From contig NC_087437.1 of the NCBI RefSeq assembly GCF_036321535.1, positions 26,600,001 through 26,664,000 on the forward strand: a stretch of DNA of 64,000 bases, written 5' to 3'. The notes under the pieces are model-generated. The model saw only the letters and a program-made list of their open reading frames with translations. It did not search any database and was not told where the DNA came from. The first letter of the stretch is position 1, and every line of letters begins with the position of its first letter. This document shows positions 24,756-38,089 of this stretch, piece by piece. This DNA is from Camelus dromedarius. Its lineage: Eukaryota. Position numbers and translations under genes: made by a program.

Positions 24756-26194
24756 ATAATATAATCCTCACTCCTAAGACTTGCTCCTATATTGTAAGTG
24801 ATCCTAAAAATGAATTCTCAGAAAACATATCATCAGGATGTGGCTGTGGATGTTTAAGTTGCTGGGATTTCCTTTTATCTGGTTGTTCTTCAGAGAGGCA
24901 TATTCATATGTCTGGACGTCAATTGCTTTTTGGAACAAGAACCACCCCCTTTATATCCATACGGAGATTTGCTATCCTGCCTACACTTTAAATTAACTTT
25001 ATTGATGGATTTCCTGCCAAGCTTAGTTTCATTTATTATGCATGTTCCTTTTAGTAGGTGGAAGAAAAAATATGTGAGAATTATCCTCTAAATAAAGCAA
25101 CATATAAGCCAGGCTTATAAATCTTCTAAAGTCTATTTTTACTTGCCAAGCTCTCCTGTACTTTTTTGAGGATAAATATTTATTTAATAAAAAGAAAAGT
25201 GATATCTTGAAATAAGGCTGTCTTAGTAGTAAACAAACAGGAGTGGATCTTTTTTCTCTTTCATTCATCATTGGCAGCTGAAGACATTCTCAGCCGGAAA
25301 CTAGGGGTGAAATTTATGGCATCAAGGAGGGTGAGCCACTTCACTGTTTCCTCCTGAGCTTAAGAAAATTTCAGCCCCATATCCCACTCTTTCAGATTCT
25401 AAAATATGATGTCAGATGATTGTATCTCAATAATTGGGCCCAAGATTACTGCAGGTGCAGGGCTGCAAGTCAGGATGAAGATTCCCTGGAGGTGATGTGG
25501 GAAGTGAATGCTCGTGGGGTGTTCTCGTCTTGGGATGAAAAAATATGAATCAAGGAAAGGGGAATAAGTGAAAGCTACTTCATTTTATATTTTTTGACAT
25601 TACCAAAGATAGTCAGACAATACAGTTTGTCTGGAATACGCTTGGCTTCTAATGATTTGGGTGAAAGTATTGAAAAAAGGGACTTGCATCAGTGGTACCC
25701 ATAAATGACTACTTTATAACTATTCTATCTAAACCAAGCTGGAATTAGGGGAAAGGGGAGTGGTTCCCAAAACAATTCAAAGCTTAGTGGTTGCTTTAAA
25801 TAGCTTGGAGCTCTAGAACTTTCTGTCTGACTGGGAAAAATAATGACCCAGCTGACCAGTTACAATATGTGGGCTTGTTCAGAGGATTTCTGATGGAATC
25901 TGTGATTGCAGCCCTTTCAGACCCAATGTTCCCTTTCAGAACAAATGTTTGAATGACCTTTTTCCTATCCTGAAACGAAATTTATATATTATACATTAAA
26001 AATATAACATCCTGTTTTAAAAGGAGAAATAAAAGGAAAGTAATTTTCAATAAGAGATGTATCTCAATTTGCAAATACTCAGACAACTGTTTAAAAGATA
26101 ATTAAAAAACCAAACAAACAAATAGAATCATGACTCTCAAACAGATATAAAATGTACCTATGGTAATTAAGTTATCATGAGGAACCAGGCAAAT

Positions 26195-27260
26195 TTTTTT
26201 TTAACATTTTTTATTGATTTATAATCATTTTACAATGTTGTGTCAAATTCCAGTGTTCAGCACAATTTTTCAGTCATTCATGGACATATACACACTCATT
26301 GTCACATTTTTTTCTCTGTGAGTTATCATAACATTTTGTGTATATTTCCCTGTGCTATACAGTGTAGTCTATTCTACAATTTTGAAATCCCAGTCTATCC
26401 CTTCCCACCCTCCACCCCCCTGGTAACCACAAGTCTGTATTCTCTGTCTGTGAGTCTATTTCTGTCCTTTATTTACGCTTTGTTTTTGTTTGTTTGTTTG
26501 TTTTTGTTTTTGTTTTTTAGATTCCACATATGAGCGATCTCATATGGTATTTTTCTTTCTCTTTCTGGCTTACTTCACTTTGAATGACATTCTCCAGGAG
26601 CATCCATGTTGCTGCAAATGGCATTATGTTGTCGGTTTTTATGGCTGAGTAGTATTCCATTGTATAAATATACCACATCTTCTTTATCCAGTCACCTGTT
26701 GATGGACATTTAGGATGTTTCCATGTTTTGGCTATTGTATATAGTGCTGCTATGAACATTGGGGTGCAGGTGTCATCCTGAAGTAGATTTCCTTCTGGAT
26801 ACAAGCCCAGGAGTGGGATTCCTGGGTCATATGGTAAGTCTATTCCTAGTCTTTTGAGGAATCTCCACACTGTTTTCCATAGTGGCTGCACCAAACTGCA
26901 TTCCCACCAGCAGTGTAGGAGGGTTCCCCTTTCTCCACAGCCTCTCCAGCATTTGTCATTTGTGGATTTTTGAGTGACGGCCATTCTGACTGGTGTGAGG
27001 TGATACCTCATTGTAGTTTTGATTTGCATTTCTCTGATAATTAGTGATACTGAGCATTTTTTCATGTGCTTTTTGATCATTGTATGTCTTCCTTGGAGAA
27101 TTGCTTGTTTAGGTCTTCTGCCCATTTTTGGATTGGGTTGTTTATTTTTTTCTTATTGAGTCGTATGAGCTGCTTATATATTCTGGAGATCAAGCCTTTG
27201 TCGGTTTCACTTGCAAAAATTTTCTCCCATTCCGTAGGTTTTCTTCTTGTTTTATTTCTG
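26195..27260 (-). mobile_element. Relatively young 5'-truncated L1 (ORF2 C-terminus, 3'UTR, poly(A)) with TSD
   Basis: Two overlapping minus-strand ORFs give the ORF2p C-terminus: [10 protein letters not shown]...[16 protein letters not shown], then (frameshift) [26 protein letters not shown] (CCHC)..[15 protein letters not shown] caggcaaat at 26186-26194 and 27261-27269. Confidence 0.95.
26517..27257 (-). pseudogene. L1 ORF2p C-terminal coding remnant, one frameshift near 27080
   Basis: ORF track 26517..27125 and 27077..27310 both match L1 ORF2p. Confidence 0.9.
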
Positions 27261-27519
27261 CAGGCAAATATTATAACCTGTTCAAGAGACAAACCAAAAA
27301 ATGGATACATTTATAAAGTAGGAATGTTGAAATAATGTACACATGGAGGCAAAACTAGTTTCTTCAACAGTGGGGAAGAGAGGTTAACTAAACCTCTGCC
27401 AGACAGGACAGAACTTGGATGTCTACACACAAAAATTGTCTTGCATTGTTATCACTTATCTGCATTTCACAGAGTTGTAGAATCGTTCCCATGGAATCAG
27501 AATCAGATAACCCAGAGGG

Positions 27520-28050
27520 GTGTGCTACAGAGAGCGCACAGTTTTCCACTAAAGTACGCATTTTCCCCTACACTATCCTTAATGAAGCAATCATACATTT
27601 GCCGCTATAGGTAAAAACACCTGAATAAGGCATTGACACAGGCAGACTGACTCATCTGGTTGAGAAGTCACCCCAAATATATTGAGCAGTGATGCTTTCA
27701 GGTAGTTTCCGAAATGGAGACCGATTCTTGGTAAATTTCTGAACAAAGAAAGTTCACTCTTCCCTCAATTTACGCAGTACCCAAACTCCTAGAAAATTAG
27801 GTGCTTACTTAAACTGTTGGAGAACACTTTTTATTTGTGTGTATAATGGAGTTGGGTTCTAGGTTAAGATAAGTTATAAGTTTTTCACCTACATGAATAT
27901 CTGGCAGGACATTCAAAAGCTGCAGGGGATGTAGCAAATCCTTTATTGTGGCGTATTTTCCTGCACATTGACAGAGTCTACAATAATGGCCCCGTCCACT
28001 GAATATGAGTGGTAGCCTCCAATCATGCAGCAACCAAAACAAAAGGTCTC
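27520..28050 (-). mobile_element. hAT DNA transposon fragment (MER20B-like)
   Basis: Minus strand gtaggtgaaaaactt.taac.tatctt.acctagaacccaactcc and gtaaattgagggaaga..ttcagaaatttaccaaga, recalled from a hAT-Charlie consensus. Confidence 0.5.
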
Positions 28051-28754
28051 ACAAGTTACCAGAGTGTGGATGTGGATGCGTAAGTTGGGGGATGGAGTTG
28101 CTCAATGGAGAAGCACTGTCATAGCTGAACTGTGTCCTGGGACCCATTGCTTCAACCCTGTTTCCAGCAACATCATCTGCTAAGCCAGGCAACTGTGGAG
28201 AAATGCAGAGGGCCTTTTCAAACAGAGTTAGGCCAAAGATAATTTTTAATTTGAAGAATTGACTCATCTCCTCTGAATCCCTTTAACTACTCAAGTTGAG
28301 AGACCAAGGGGGTCCCTCATTGAAAATAAATATCGATCCCCAGTTTATACACACTGGAGTTTGCTTCTGCCTTTCTGAAGAATTCTTGTCACATGACCTA
28401 CGGTAGAGGGTGGGGTAGGAGTGAGGGGCACAGATAGAAAAGGGTGCAAATGACCAAAGAGCTGGCCACCGAAGAAGGGAGGTGGTCCAGGAAGCGGGGG
28501 GACTGTGCACACTTGCCATGGCTCAGCAAGCAGTTGCTACACAGCCCAGTATTGCCAAATCTTCTGATTTTACTTTCAAAAGAAACAGGAAATCTGTCAT
28601 TTTTATATGCAATTTTCCAGCTCTTAAATGTTGGCTCATGTATCTGTGTATGATACGGATAGATAGATACGTACTTGACATACACACATATGTACATGTA
28701 TAGGTAACACCATCCATACATACAGCTCCATATAGTTACTTAGACTCATGAATA

Positions 28755-28945
28755 ACGGCTACACCTTAGGTACTGACTGGGTTCCTCCTCTGAATCAGAA
28801 TGGAAACTGTGAGCCTGGTATTTTACCCCCATTGCAGAGATAGGGGAAGGGGGCTTTGCGAAGGTAAGTGATTTGCCTAGAGTCACACAACAAGTAGCTG
28901 GGCTGGGAGTTGATCAGGGTTGTTCTGCTCCTGCTACCACGTTGC
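28755..28945 (-). mobile_element. MIR SINE
   Basis: ccccattgcagagat..aaggtaagtgatttgcctagagtcacacaacaagt. Confidence 0.7.
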
Positions 28946-29904
28946 TGCCTCAGCCCATGAGAAACCACAGGACAAACGCTGTTCTGACACACACACACAC
29001 AAAAGCATCAGGAATAATTTCTGCTGAAAACAGCATTGATGCATATAAGTAAAATCAACATTTCTTAAAGCTTCTTGACCTATGTCCCCATCAGAAGGGT
29101 AGGGGGCTTTCTAGAGAAGGAGGAGTATCTGAGTTCGATGGTGTTTGCAAGTAAGCTGGGTGAGTCTTTTGCTGTGTTAGCCTGCCATCCATCACAGCTG
29201 GAGGTGAGCATGCCTGAATCCCTCGGGGTTGCTTGTGAAAAATGTTAAAAGCTTTAATTGAAAGGATCTCCAGCACAGGCCACAAGGAATTTTCTCATTG
29301 TGAATTCCTGTCTTGCCCCGAGATACCCTGGGGCCCCGCCAAATGCCAGGGCCAGGTCATTGTGATGGACTTAAGACACAAGCCCCTGGCAGGGCCTTTG
29401 ATGATGCTCAGCTTGGAGCCCTGAGCGCCCCCAAGGGGGAGGGACGCATTTGGAGCGATGTCATCTGTCAGGGTCTAACCTCTCTTCTGTGATGGTCTGC
29501 AAATTACACCAGCCTAATGGAAAATGGGGATGTTTCATGTTTTAAATGTCTTGATGGGAATGCTCATATGATGAAAAAGATGAACTTGACTACCTAAAAA
29601 AGCATTTATTATAACAAAGCAGCAGGGATTCCATCAGAAGCTTTTCATGAACTTCAGGAAAATCCTTTGCCGGTTTCCTTTCCTCTGTGCATTCATTCAT
29701 TCATTGCCCTGACTCAGTTTAGGGTGTGACCCCAGGCTTACGTTCTATTCAAATCAGTAGACATGTCTTCTTCCCGATCTAACTCTGGGAAGGTGTCCTT
29801 GGGCTTTCCCAGACCACCAAAGGGCAGCATGGGGCAAAGTGGTTAAGAATTGCTGAGTGACTTTAAGTCAGTGTTTCCCAAAGTCAATATACCTCACAAT
29901 ACTT

Positions 29905-30057
29905 CTTTTCTGTTTTGTGGGAGGGAGGTAATTAGGTCTATATATTTATTTATTATTAGCTTGCTTCTTTTTTTTTTTAAATGGAGGTACTGGGGAATGA
30001 ACCCAGGACCTTGAACATGCTAAGCACACACTCCACCAGCGAGCTATTGCCTCCCCA
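29905..30057 (-). mobile_element. tRNA-derived camelid SINE (vic-1 type)
   Basis: ggaggtaattagg...atggaggtactggggaatgaacccaggacc..atgctaagca..ccaccagcgagcta; homologous to 1686-1821. Confidence 0.9.
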
Positions 30058-30432
30058 AATAATATCACTCATATGTGGAACTTAAAAAAAGAAAAAAGAA
30101 AAAAGACACTACTGAACTTATCTACAAAACAGAAACAGAGAAACAGACTCGCAGACATAGTAAACAAACCTATGATTACCAGGCAGAAAGGGATGGGAAG
30201 GGATAAATTGGGAGTCAGAGATTAGCAAATACTAACTACTATATATAAAATAGATAAAAAACAAATTTCTTCTGTATAGCACAGGGAACTATATTCAATA
30301 TCTTATAGTAACTTACAATGAAAAAGAGTATGAAAACAAATATATGTATGTATGTGTATGACTGAAACATTATGCTGTACACCAGAAATTGATACATTCT
30401 AAACTGACTATACTTTAATTAAAAAAAAAAAA
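30058..30432 (+). mobile_element. L1 3' end with poly(A)
   Basis: atatcactcatatgtggaa...gggataaattgggagt...ctgtatagcacagggaactatattc...A-tail. Direct repeat aattgctgagtga at 29848-29860 and 30433-30445. Confidence 0.9.
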
Positions 30433-31314
30433 AATTGCTGAGTGAAATCGCTCACTCAGAAGCTTTTCAAACAAATAAAAATCCTGCCCCTTTAAAAAGG
30501 TTTTTAATTACATCCTTAATGCATGCTTATTAAAGACAAAGTAATGAGAGAAAAGATAAACAAAAACAAAAGTCTTGGTGACCCCACTTAAAAACATGTG
30601 TGTGTTATTCAGGGTAAGTTACAAGAGAAGCTTTCAATTCTAATGAAATGTTCTCTGAACCCCAGAAGAAGTTAGGCGAGATCTGACCCCCAAATTTGCT
30701 ATATTCTTTTATTCTTTCAGAGTCTGATCCAAGGTGATCATTCAGTTGCCTAAGCTCTCTGTGGATACAGTTTCTTTTGTTGGTAGATAAGACCGGTGAA
30801 ACAGTTATCCTCTATATTTACAATAATATATAAATAGTTTAACAATTGCCCATCAATGTATACTCAGCTGAAAATGCAAAGCAATTTAGGACTGTCCTCT
30901 AAACAACCGTATATTGCAAATCATGTCCCATTATGCTTGCCCTCAGTATGCTTATGAAGGGAGGCAGAGAATACAAATGTGGGAATGAAATACAGGGAAG
31001 CACAAATTGTGTAAATGAAATCTAGACTGTTTCTGGGAACATAATTTCATGAATAAAGATGATCTAGCATCTCTGAACTATGTATTTTAAGACTAATATT
31101 TCTCAATAGTACTTGTCAAAGTGAGTGGCAGTAGAATCTATAATAAGTACTTTATTGAATTATAGTTAGTTTAAATATAAATGTAAAAAGGCACCATGAA
31201 TTCTCATGTCAAATTATGTCACCCAAAAGTTAATTAGTTGTACCACAATTCAAAAAAAGGAATTCTTTTTACTTTGGCAGAATACAGGTTTGTGTTTCTA
31301 ACAATTCAATCATT

Positions 31315-32015
31315 TTTTAAATTAATAACATCCACTTTTTAAAGTAGTTTGAGGTCCACAGCAAAACTGAGCAGAAGGTAAAGAGAGTTCCCATATACCC
31401 CCCCCAAAACACAACCACCCCACCATCAACATCCCAAACCACAACGGTACATCCGTTACACTCAGTGAACCTTCACCGACACATGATTTCACCTAGTGTC
31501 CATAGTTTGCATTAGGGTTCACTCATGATGTTGTATATCCCACAGGTTTTGTCAAATATATGATGACATGCACCTAATTCCATCATTGCAGTACCATCCA
31601 GAATAGTTTCACTGCCCTGAAAATCCTCTGTGCTCCCCCTATTCGTCTCTCCCTCCCTCACAACCCCTAGCAAACGCTGTTTTTTTTTTTTTAACTATCT
31701 CCCTAGTTTTACCTTTTCCAGAAAGTCATATAGTTGGAATCATACAGTATGTAGGTTTTTCAGATCAGCTTCCTTCACTTAGTGATATTCGTTTAAGTTT
31801 CCTCCATGTCATTTCATGACATGATAGCTCATTTCATTTTAGCGCCAAATAATATGACACCACCTGGATGTACTGCAGTTTTATATCCATTCACCTACTG
31901 AAAGCCATCTTGGTTGCTTCTAAATTTTGGAAATTGTGAATAAAGCTGATGTAAACATCTGTGTGCAGGTTTTGGTGTGGACTTAAATTTTCAATTCATT
32001 TGGGTAAATACCAAG
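31315..32015 (-). mobile_element. L1MA/L1MB-like 3' end
   Basis: cagcaaaactgagcagaaggta.agagagttcccatatacccc...gttggaatcatacagtatgtag..ttgggtaaatacc. Confidence 0.85.
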
Positions 32016-32879
32016 CCCCTTACATACTGGGCTGGAAACAGGAGGTCCTCAAAGGCATTAGTTTTTAAAGTTCTAGAAAACTAAAGTGGTCAAAGGTTCT
32101 GTTGGTTGTATTATTGCTCAGCCTCTTCATCTCAAATTGAAATCAGAACAGACCAGCCCACTTTGGGGGACATTTTTTTCTTTCCTTTTCTGAGCTTCTT
32201 TTTAGCATTCACTGAGCATTATTTAGCAAGCAAGGCAAGAAAATACACTTTTTCCTCTGGTTTCTTGAGTCAAGAATCTACTTAGCTATTTGAACAGATC
32301 ATTTCTCAAGTACAAAATGGGAAGAAATCAGGAGGTTGTATTTCTACATTTCCATTTATCATTTCTTTTTATGTCTATTTCAAATCCAAGTCCAAGTCCA
32401 TCAACTCAGAATATGAAATCACACCAAAAAAGCTTTAAAGTTATTCTCTGTTCCTACCCTCTATCTGAAAAATAAACTGTCCCCTCTTGGAAGATAAAAA
32501 TCTAGTTTGTGAGAATCAAATGATCGGTTTTGTTCCAATGGGTGGTAAGTACACTGATGGTGTCAGTCAATATACTCATCACCCTCATTGCAACTATTTG
32601 TTTGTTGTCTGTCTTTTCTGTGAGACTGTCAGCTCCTCAAGGGCAGGGACAAGACATAACTACTCTTTGGCACATACTTGGTATTTCAGTATATATTAGT
32701 TGAATGTATCATTGGTTCATCAGATAAATAAATGATATAACAGCGATATAATATAATAAATAATACAACAGCGATTAAGCACCTACTAGGTACAAGGCTG
32801 CTTGTTGGGTGTTTTGGGTGTATAAAGATGAATGAAGTTCATTCCCCGCCTTTAAAGAGCTTACACAACTGTCAGTCAC

Positions 32880-33295
32880 TGTAGCAAGCTGTCCTAGTCA
32901 AGTCCATATCCCCTCAGCTGTCCCCTCCCCCCATTCCAGATAGTCCCACCAGGAGCTATGGCTTCCAGCATCTCTTTAGGCCTGGAGTAGCTCAGGACCT
33001 TGGAGGCAGATTGGAATCGTCAGAGACATCACATCTCCAGAACAACTCACATCCAATGAGGGTCGCATTTCCTGCCCTTCAGTACCACTTTTGAGCATGT
33101 GCCACTCTGACTCTCAGGGGGTCTCCAAGAGGGTAGAGCCCAGTTGCTCATAGTAGTAACCTGCTCATTAAAACACCCTTTACTGGTTTTTCTCCTTTCT
33201 TGGTCTCACTTCCTACTCCCTCATAATGTTTCCTGGGATCTCTTCCCAAATAAATTCTACCCAAATCTGTTACTCTGGGGCTGATTTTAGAAGCA
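32880..33295 (+). mobile_element. ERVL solo LTR (LTR16-like)
   Basis: agtaacctgctcattaaaacacccttt..gtctcacttcc..tcttcccaaataaatt. Confidence 0.6.
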
Positions 33296-33909
33296 GCATG
33301 GACACTGGAGTGTGATAACTAAGAGAGGCACGAACAGAGAGCTATGGGCTTGCAGGAGTGGAGGGAATTCATTCTAGCTGGGAGAAGGCTTGGTATTATT
33401 TGAATGGGGACTGGGTGGGGCAGTGAGTGCACCTGTGGGAAGAGATGCTTCAGGCAGAGAAAACAAAGGCACAGAGGTGCTGAAGAACATGGAGTGCTCA
33501 AGGAATTGTAGGCAACTGGGTCCAGAGGGAATGTGGATAGAACGGCATCTCAGACTCTCCTGGAAAATACCCCAGAGCCCCTCACATTCCAGCAAGGAGG
33601 CAGGTCTCTCCTGCCCATTTCATCCTAAACTTTAGCTTCAGTTCCTCACCATTATATTTTGGTATAGTTTGTCATATTTATTATATATATATATATTATA
33701 TTTTAGACTTTGGGATGTCCGGACATCTTTCTTCTGGTAGGAATCCAAACATAGAAACAGACATTGCTCTACATAACCTGTAAAAGTAGTCATATGGTGA
33801 CCACTGACCAACCCAGGGTCTTTTTCAAGCATGGCTCTTTCTTTCTGCTTGTAGATTTTAATTCATATTTTCTGATTCCCATGGATGCTGAGCATTAATA
33901 TTTAGCTCT

Positions 33910-34433
33910 TTCCATGGAAACAACCTAGATACCATCAACAGATGACTGGATAAAGAATATATGAGATACTCACACACACACACACAATGGAACATTACTC
34001 AGTCATAAAAGAATGAAATAATGCCATTTGCAGCAACATGGATGGACCTAGAGATTATCTGTCAGAGAGAAAAAAACAAATCTCATATGATATCACTTGT
34101 ATGTGGAATCTGATAAAAGATATAAATTTTATTTATGAACCAGAAATAGACTTATGGACACAGAAAACAAACTATGGTTACCAAAGGGGAAAGTTGAGGG
34201 AGGGATAAATTAGGAATTTGGGATTATTAGATACACACTACTATATATAAAACAGATAAACAACAAGGACTTACTGTATAGCACAGGGAATTATATTCCA
34301 TTTTTTGTAATAAGCTATAATGGAAAAGAATCTGAAAATATTTGTATGTATATGTAAAACTGAATTTCTTTGCTGTGCACCTGAAAGTAACATTGTAAAT
34401 CAACTATACTCCAATAAAAAAATAAAATTAAAA
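33910..34433 (+). mobile_element. L1 3' end with degenerate TSD
   Basis: gatgactggataaagaa..aatgccatttgcagcaacatggatggacctagag...AATAAA and A tail. TSD aatatttagctct (33897-33909) / aaaattttgctct (34434-34446). Confidence 0.9.
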
Positions 34434-35552
34434 AAAATTTTGCTCTGAGAGCTTGTAGTCTAAACACAGTGTCCATGCCTCAATGCAGACAGGGAACTTT
34501 CCTGCCTTCTGTTAGAGGCTAATCTTAAATTTAAAATCAAACAAAAAAGAGGAACTTCCCAAGCAAGTACAGAGCACATGGATGGTTCTGGTCATTCTCT
34601 CTCCCTGGGTCCTAGAAATGGTTTCCCTTTGATGAAATGTTCTGACAAGTACTCCATCTCCAGTGCTGACTCAATTAAAGCCTCTTACCATGATCAATGA
34701 CTGCTAAATTGGTTATAAACTCAGAATGGGAGCTAAAAAAACAAAAAATAGAGGTGGGGCAGGAAGACAGGAGCAGAATAATTTGGTCATTTTCCCAGCA
34801 GAGGAAAGCCAGTTTAGGAAAGATAAAATGAGTACTTCTGAATCAGGTATACAATACTGGAAAATAGCAGAGAAATTAAAGAAGTTATTAAAGCTCGCAA
34901 GAGAATTTGGTGAAAGAACACTACTCATTTCAGCTCAGCAGGAGCCAGTTTGCATTATTGTGTTTTGCTCTATACTTAGCTTTGAAGAAAGCCACAAATT
35001 ACAATGGTTAAATAGAGCTTTAGAAAGTGGGAAACAGCAACACTGCAAGTACAGAACAGTACTGGGGTAGAGCAGTTCCCGAGCTGGGATGGATCTAGAG
35101 AACTCCTGAAATTCCTCCTTCCCTCTCCCACCCCCAGAAGTTTAGCCATGCCCTTTATGAATCCCTGTTACTATAATATTGCTTGTGTAATAAATCCAGC
35201 TGTGTTTTGTTTTTAACTGAAAGGATCAACCAAAGGCTGGGATAGAAAGAAAACTGCTGGGATACTGTCATTGGGTTGAGTATTTGGGGAAGATACTAAT
35301 TGAAGACATTCCTGGATTAAGAAAGGAATGATTGATCATCACGTTTTTCAAGCTCCTTGTATATTTAAGGCGCTGCTGCTCTATAGCTGTATCATGTACA
35401 TTAACTAATTTATCCTCATAACAACCATATGAAATAGATACTGTTCCTAACCCAGTTTATAGTTGAGAGGACTGGAGCATAGAAATGCTAACTGACTTGC
35501 TCAAGGTTACATGGCTGGTAAGTAACAGAACCAGGATTTAGCCTGACCCCAA

Positions 35553-35557
<5 letters not shown>

Positions 35558-35587
<30 letters not shown>

Positions 35588-35710
35588 ACAAGTGTTGTCT
35601 TTTTTTTTTTTTTAATGCTTTTTTTTTTTTAATGGAGGTACTGGGGATTGAACATAGGACCTCTTGCACACTAAGCACACACTCTACCACTGAGCTGTTC
35701 CCTACCCCCT
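35558..35710 (-). mobile_element. tRNA-derived camelid SINE with composite A-tail, inserted in a MIR
   Basis: SINE head at 35632-35710. TSD ccaaagctt at 35549-35557 and 35711-35719. Flanks rejoin into MIR (about 35380-35740). Confidence 0.9.
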
Positions 35711-35757
35711 CCAAAGCTTGTGTTCTTGACGACCACCCCATAATGACTCAGAGACCA

Positions 35758-36120
35758 TGTGAGGAACTGACTGTGTCCCCCTCAGATTCATACGTGGAAG
35801 TCCTAACTCCCCATGTGATGGCATTCCAAGGTATTGAACCTTTGGGAGGTTTAGATGAGGTCATGAAGGTAGAGATTACTGCCACACTGGGATTACTGCC
35901 CTTATAAGAGAAGGAAGAGACACCAGTGCTCCCTCTCTCCACCATGTGAGGACACAGGGAGAGGCGGCCATCTGCAAGCCAGGAAGAGTGTCCTCACCAA
36001 GAGCCAAGTTTGCTGGCTCCTTGGTCTTGGACTTCCAGAACTGTGCAAAAGTTATTTTCTGTTGTTTAAGCCAGCCAGTCTTCAGCATTTTTGTTTTGGC
36101 TTCCCAAGTAGACTAAGACC
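35758..36120 (+). mobile_element. MaLR solo LTR (MLT1A-like)
   Basis: tgtgtcccctcagattcatacgtggaagtcctaac...ttggacttccagaactgtg...gactaagac. Confidence 0.85.
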
Positions 36121-37059
36121 ACAGAGCTGTTACAACCAAGCTGTTCACCAGGGAGTCAAGAATTGTAGGCAGAAGAGCTTCAGCTCAGACCCAGGGATTT
36201 ATTTCAGGGGCTTTCCTGTAAGGGCCTTGCTTCCTGCATGACAGGTCACAGAGAACTGCTTGGCCCAAGGGTGAGATAATGTCAATCCAAGACTAAGAGT
36301 CACTAGAACCTAGGGAAAAACTCTCTCTCTCATTCTCTGGAAGATAGTATGAATCAAGATTTGTGTGAAATATGAAAAGATTACTACTCGAGGTGCCCTG
36401 CTTGTCCCTCTCAGTCTTTGTTCATATAGTCCCAGCTGGTTTAGCTCTAAATCAGTTATTTTTATTTACTGCACATTTAATGGCATGAGTATAATAACTC
36501 TTTCTCAGTTAAAAGGCATTCAATTAGTTATAAAAATTTTGCCACAAAGAATAGCAAAAATGTTTGCTCCTCTAATGTCCATATGCATATCTGTTCTATG
36601 TATGGCTAATTTTACTTCTATGGAATAGATTGAGAAGCAAGGTTTTTAAGAAGAATATTTTTAATTTGAAAGCTCTTTTCAGGTTTGCTTTTAAGTAGAC
36701 TCTAACAAATCACTTTCCACTGGCCCTGTAGGGCAATTTGTCTTTCTTAAACATCCTTCCTAAGTTTAAGGCAGTCTCCCCAGGGAGAAGTCAGATACTC
36801 ACTTTCCCAGCATCCTTTGCAGTTTGGGTACAGACATGTGAACTCAGCCGGCCAATCAGACACCACAAAGACTTCACATTAATGACAAAGATACAGGCTC
36901 CCACAGAATCCAATCTACACTTCCAGCTTCCACACAGAGCAGTGGCAGTCATGCCTCATTGTGAAAGCTTTGCTGCTCTAGGGAAGGGATATCTTGTCAA
37001 ACTTTCAGTACCAGGAATTGATTGATCTTCTCTAAAATGCATTATTTTCTGTAGATTCC

Positions 37060-37670
37060 CATTGCCTCTACTCCAGTTGAGGTCACCATGATCTCTTGCG
37101 GGGACAGCAGCAGTGAACTTTCACCTGATCTCCCAGTCCCTAGCTGGATTAGAATCCGTTTTCCACCCTACAAACTGAATGATCTTTCTAAAACTCAAAT
37201 CTAATCCTGTCATCCCCTTGCTTTTAAAACCTTTCATTTTTCTCTCCTCTGCTCCAGGCTGAAGTTTCTATTCCTTAGCCCAGCCCACAAAATCCTCCTA
37301 GAGCTGATCATGAATTACTTCCCTAGGCACATCTCTTTCTTCCATTCAGATTCTGTCCTCCAGTCAGACTGAGCATTTTTCAGATCCTTGATTGGCCCAT
37401 GCACTTTCTGTCTTCTGGGCTTTTGCAAACACTGTACTTTCTGCTTTCTTCCCTTCCTTTTCCCCTGCCTGGCTTCTTATTCTCCAGTTGTCAGCTGAGA
37501 TGTCCCTTCTCAGGTTACCAGAGCACCTCAGATTTCTTATCTCTGTTCTCCACGAGGTTACTTGAAGGTAGGGACGGTGCCCGTCCTGTTCCCTGCTGCA
37601 GACTCAGCGTCTAACACAGTGCCTGGAACATACTAGGTAATAAACAAAAATCTGATGAATAAATAAGTGA
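37060..37670 (+). mobile_element. L2 fragment
   Basis: atgatctttctaaaactcaaatctaatcctgtca...aacacagtgcctggaacatactagg..gatgaataaataa. Confidence 0.7.
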
Positions 37671-37886
37671 ATCAGACAGATATTATTATCACCATTTACT
37701 TATGGGGTAACTGACATTTAGAGGGTCTACTTTCATAAAGCTATGGGGCTGGTTAACAGTGGACCAGAACACAGATCTTCTGACTCTTGATATATTTTCA
37801 ACTATCCCTCATTGCCCCTTTCAAATGCAACTTACACTCTTTTAGGCTTAATAAACACCATTATGGCGCACAAACATGCTGTAAGG

Positions 37887-38089
37887 CAGGTTTCTCAGCC
37901 TCAGCACTACTGGCGTTTTGGGCCGGAGGATTCTTTGTGGAGGGGCTGTCCTACACATTGGAAGACATTTAGCAGTACCCCTGGCCTCCACCCACTAGGT
38001 GCTAGTAGGATCCCCTCTCCGTCCAGTTGTCTCCAGACATTGCCAAATGTCCTGGTGGGGGCAAAATCACTTTCAAATGAAAGCCACTG
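37887..38089 (+). mobile_element. MER20 hAT MITE
   Basis: cagg.tttctcagcctcagcactact..cccactaggtgctagtag..ccagacattgccaaatgtcc..ccactg. 8-bp TSD ctgtaagg/ctctaagg. Confidence 0.9.

Noticed and set aside
29425..29440. Other CTCF-like motifs (also near 29813, 43302, 44328, 58808)
   Set aside because: Each has mismatches at core positions and cannot be supported without PWM scoring.
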